From an uncultured archaeon (GTDB lineage Archaea > Aenigmatarchaeota > Aenigmatarchaeia > GW2011-AR5), in assembly GCA_964373255.1 (NCBI GenBank), contig CAYJTG010000005.1, positions 10,638 to 74,637 on the forward strand: a stretch of 64,000 bases of DNA, written 5' to 3'. The position numbers and the translations under genes were made by a program. Under the pieces are notes generated by a model. It ran no database searches and was not told where the DNA came from. It saw only the letters and a program-made list of their open reading frames with translations. Numbering within the stretch: the stretch's first letter is position 1; each line of letters starts with the position of its first letter. Positions 61,723-64,000 of the stretch are shown in pieces.

Positions 61723-62553
61723 GTGGATATGGTTGCAAGCAATAAGACACTGGATATGCTGAAAACAATCGGCTTGAATAAGTACGAACGCAATTTGTGG
61801 ACAGCGCTTCTTTCTAGAGGTGCGTCTACAGCCGGAGAATTAAGTGATATTTCCAACGTTCCTCGTTCTAGATGCTACGACGTGTTAGAGTCATTGGCAA
61901 CAAAAGGCTTCATTGTAATACAGCCTGGAAAGCCGATAAAATACGTTGCCATGAACCCTAAGGAGGCTTTGGAGCGCGTCAAAAAGAAGATTCGTGAAGA
62001 CGCGGTTGAGACAACGGAAAAGATCGAGCGATTCCTTAAGAGCGACTCGATAAGGGAGCTTGAAAGGCTGCACAAGGAAAATATGAAGGTCATGAACCCT
62101 GAGGACCTTACGGGCGCACTGAAGGGCAGGTACGCCATGCACCAGCAGGTTGAGACGATGCTGAAAAATGCAAAGAAATCCGTGAAGCTTCTTACCACAG
62201 ACCGCGGCCTGAAAGAATTGCTCGATACCCACGGTCCTTTGCTAAAGAGGGTTTCCAATTCTGGCGTGAAAATCCAGATCGCTGCGCCCGTCAGAAAGGA
62301 TGCATTAGATACTGTAAAAGAGCTGGCACAGTACGCGCAGGTAAGAAATATCAGTGATGTTGAGATGGTTGAAAAATTTGCAGGGCGACTTTTCGTTGTT
62401 GACGGCCAGGAATTCGTGCTTGGCCTGACAGACGACACAAAAATACACCCGACACAGGATGTGGCTTTGTGGACGCAGAGCTCGCACGCATCTTCTTCGG
62501 TTTTCGAGCCCATGTTTGAGCTCGTCTGGCATCATGCTAAGCCCGTTAAGTGA
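61723..62553 (+). CDS. TrmB-family transcriptional regulator (third copy)
   Basis: LNKYERNLWTALLSRGASTAGELSDISNVPRSRCYDVLESLATKGFI wHTH plus TrmB C-terminal domain. 276 aa. Confidence 0.6.
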   Translation: MDMVASNKTLDMLKTIGLNKYERNLWTALLSRGASTAGELSDISNVPRSRCYDVLESLATKGFIVIQPGKPIKYVAMNPKEALERVKKKIREDAVETTEKIERFLKSDSIRELERLHKENMKVMNPEDLTGALKGRYAMHQQVETMLKNAKKSVKLLTTDRGLKELLDTHGPLLKRVSNSGVKIQIAAPVRKDALDTVKELAQYAQVRNISDVEMVEKFAGRLFVVDGQEFVLGLTDDTKIHPTQDVALWTQSSHASSSVFEPMFELVWHHAKPVK

Positions 62554-62876
62554 TAAGTATGGATGGCGACGAAGTATATCTTTCTTCTCCTGAATCTAGT
62601 GTAGACCCAAGACTAATAAAATTAGATTTTCATAGAAGAATGAAAGCGTATCATGAAAGCAAACAATTTCCATTCGGTGAACTTAATAATGGTAATATAT
62701 TTTATGACGCTTTTCTTAATGATATGTTCCATTCCGTAGCTGCAGACTATCATGGCACCTTGCTTGGTTTTTATGCGTATCGTATGTTAAGGCGAAAATA
62801 TTCTATTGGAAAAATAATTAGAGAAGTACGAAATATGCAGCAGCAAGCCAAAAAAGAAAAAGCTGCAGCGTACTAA
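62550..62876 (+). CDS. Hypothetical protein, 108 aa
   Basis: 4-nt overlap with the preceding TrmB gene; no motif. Confidence 0.25.
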   Translation: MISMDGDEVYLSSPESSVDPRLIKLDFHRRMKAYHESKQFPFGELNNGNIFYDAFLNDMFHSVAADYHGTLLGFYAYRMLRRKYSIGKIIREVRNMQQQAKKEKAAAY

Positions 62877-62890
62877 AGTCCGCAGAGAAT

Positions 62891-63337
62891 TCATTTCTTC
62901 TTCATGGATTTTTCCCTTCGTAGTTTTTCTTCTGTCTCTGTTTCTACAATTTTCAGGGGGCCTAGAATTATAAGAATAATAAGCGTGGCGACTATGGCTG
63001 CATAATACAGGCCAACGCCTACAGCAACACCTACAGCCGCTATGACCCAGATCTCGGCCGCGGTTGTCAGGCCATGGATAGTGGTTTCTGATTTGAAGAT
63101 TATTCCTGCCGCAAGAAATCCTATTCCTGTAACAACGCCCCCCGCCAGCCGCAGCGGGTCAAAATCGCCAAACGCTATTGGTATCATGGTAAACAACGCC
63201 GCGCCCATGCACACAAGCGACTGTGTTCTTGTGCCGGCTGGATGGCCATGAAATTCCCTCTGAAATCCGACTACGCCGCCAAGGAATGCGGCTACTATGA
63301 GCTTTGTGATTATTTCTGTCTCTATCGGCGTGACCAT
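62891..63337 (-). CDS. MgtC/SapB-family membrane protein
   Basis: LIVAAFLGGVVGFQRE...TQSLVCMGAALF...GLTTAAEIW matches the MgtC N-terminal domain. 148 aa. Confidence 0.7.
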   Translation of the reverse strand: MVTPIETEIITKLIVAAFLGGVVGFQREFHGHPAGTRTQSLVCMGAALFTMIPIAFGDFDPLRLAGGVVTGIGFLAAGIIFKSETTIHGLTTAAEIWVIAAVGVAVGVGLYYAAIVATLIILIILGPLKIVETETEEKLRREKSMKKK

Positions 63338-63377
63338 AATTTTATATGGCGGATTGTGTTTATATTGGTTTTTATTA

Positions 63378-63509
63378 GCTCTGTTGAAAACCTATGAAAA
63401 AGCATCGACGTAGACCCTTACGTCTTATCTACGTAAGGGTCAGCTAGAGCTATCATCAACAGACGATAGCTCTCACGTCGATGCTTTTTGTTGAGCATTT
63501 CTACAGAGC
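63378..63509. mobile_element. Family-A MITE-like element, copy A3
   Basis: Near-identical to A1 over the first 75 bp; right hairpin variant (ctatcatc-aaca-gacgatag); right TIR tttctacagagc. Confidence 0.75.
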
Positions 63510-63540
63510 CTTTTTATTCTTTCTTCTGAATACGGATTCT

Positions 63541-64000
63541 ATGTCCTACGCAATTCTTGAGAAAAACTCGGCGGCGAAGCTTGCATCCGATGAAATAATC
63601 GCCGGCGTATTGAATGGAAGCATAAATAAAAATAATTTTGAATACGAAAAAATCCGCGTATCGAAGAAGTACGGCACCGGAAAAATAATAAAAAACGCCG
63701 AGGTCTTCCAGTTCGTCGAAGGATCTGATCCCAATCATGAATTTCTGAAGATTTTTCTCAAGACAAAGCCGGTAAGAACATCTTCCGGTGTGGCAAATAT
63801 TGCTGTCATGTGGCTTGACCATGCGCACAGGAGCCCTCACGATCCTGATAAATTTTACTCGTGCCCTGCTGCCTGCGTCTACTGCCCACAGGGAGGAGCG
63901 AAAGACGTCAACGGCGTTATTGTGCAGGTTCCAAAGAGCTACACCGGCTGCGAGCCCACAACCATGCGCGCTATCAGAAACAACTACGACCCGTTCCTTC
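63541..64000 (+). CDS. Elp3-like radical-SAM tRNA (c)m5U34-modification enzyme, 3'-truncated by window edge
   Basis: KPVRTSSGVANIAVMW...HRSPHDPDKFYSCPAACVYCPQG matches the Elp3 N-terminal block including CxxxCxxC radical-SAM motif. ORF open to the window end. Confidence 0.55.
   Translation, partial: MSYAILEKNSAAKLASDEIIAGVLNGSINKNNFEYEKIRVSKKYGTGKIIKNAEVFQFVEGSDPNHEFLKIFLKTKPVRTSSGVANIAVMWLDHAHRSPHDPDKFYSCPAACVYCPQGGAKDVNGVIVQVPKSYTGCEPTTMRAIRNNYDPFL

Noticed and set aside
1-64000. Search for CRISPR arrays, rRNA genes, RNase P RNA and SRP RNA
   Set aside because: No repeat-spacer architecture and no rRNA-like conserved blocks were seen. The ~300-nt structured locus at 21753-22061 was considered as RNase P or SRP RNA, but it lacks their universal motifs. 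It has a canonical tRNA T arm and acceptor pairing instead.

Overview
The window looks like a ~42% GC archaeal chromosome segment, probably from a small-genome (DPANN-like) archaeon. That lineage guess is an inference from split and short genes, not from a database hit.

Housekeeping genes. Gene density is high, and the content is mostly information processing and nucleotide metabolism:
- Replication, repair and transcription: TBP, MCM with an adjacent OB-fold/winged-helix RPA2-like gene, aCPSF1, RNA polymerase subunits Rpo7 (RpoE), Spt4 and RpoP, a split Hef (separate helicase and XPF-nuclease genes), Y-family polymerase IV, and an Ogg-like glycosylase.
- Translation and tRNA modification: ribosomal proteins L37ae, S24e and S27a, prefoldin beta, proteasome beta, ProRS, GluRS, CCA-adding enzyme, the t6A enzymes Kae1 and Sua5, diphthamide enzymes Dph5 and a 5'-truncated Dph6-like ORF, and a 3'-truncated Elp3.
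- Nucleotide metabolism: IMPDH and PurA.
- Membrane proteins: a proton-pumping pyrophosphatase and several transporters.
- Ribonucleotide reductase module: NrdH-like glutaredoxin, NrdR, a B12-dependent class II RNR carrying a LAGLIDADG intein at the NPCGE catalytic site, and a PduO-type adenosyltransferase.

Modular hairpin elements. The most unusual content is non-coding: the window is full of small, modular, hairpin-rich repeat elements.
- Family A is a 131-bp palindromic MITE-like element with terminal inverted repeats, present in 5 copies. Its internal hairpins vary by compensatory substitutions, and one copy has an internal inversion.
- Family Z has terminal inverted repeats of ggcactgtcaacttaa, in 3 copies.
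- Family H has no terminal inverted repeats and consists of strings of 3-4 hairpins, in 4 copies.
- A ~200-bp element, called XY here, sits nested inside both a Z copy and an H copy. It is flanked by the same tta|ttatgaag ... agctata|a junctions, which is consistent with TA target-site duplication.
- These elements occupy the spacers of otherwise conserved archaeal operons (L37ae|RpoP and S24e|S27a).
- The same hairpin modules also make up the long intervening sequences of two tRNA-like genes, which share the 5' end GGGCT(T/C)GTAGTCTAG and a 7-bp acceptor-like closing helix.

Other notable features:
- Two paralogous small Lys/Cys-rich peptides of 41 and 50 aa, each with 9 cysteines in CxCxC / CxCC / CxCC motifs, not present in the ORF track.
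- An array of five CCACTGT boxes, some as CACTGT-N6-ACAGTG palindromes, upstream of nrdR. Related boxes lie upstream of both Cys-rich peptides.
- Direct repeats bracketing a 1.1-kb cassette.
- AT-rich accessory islets, each with a paralogous TrmB-family regulator.
- A TRAM-domain protein with a eukaryote-like RGG/GGY low-complexity N-terminus.
- A ~130-bp GC-rich patch (~68% GC) at the 3' end of one unknown gene.
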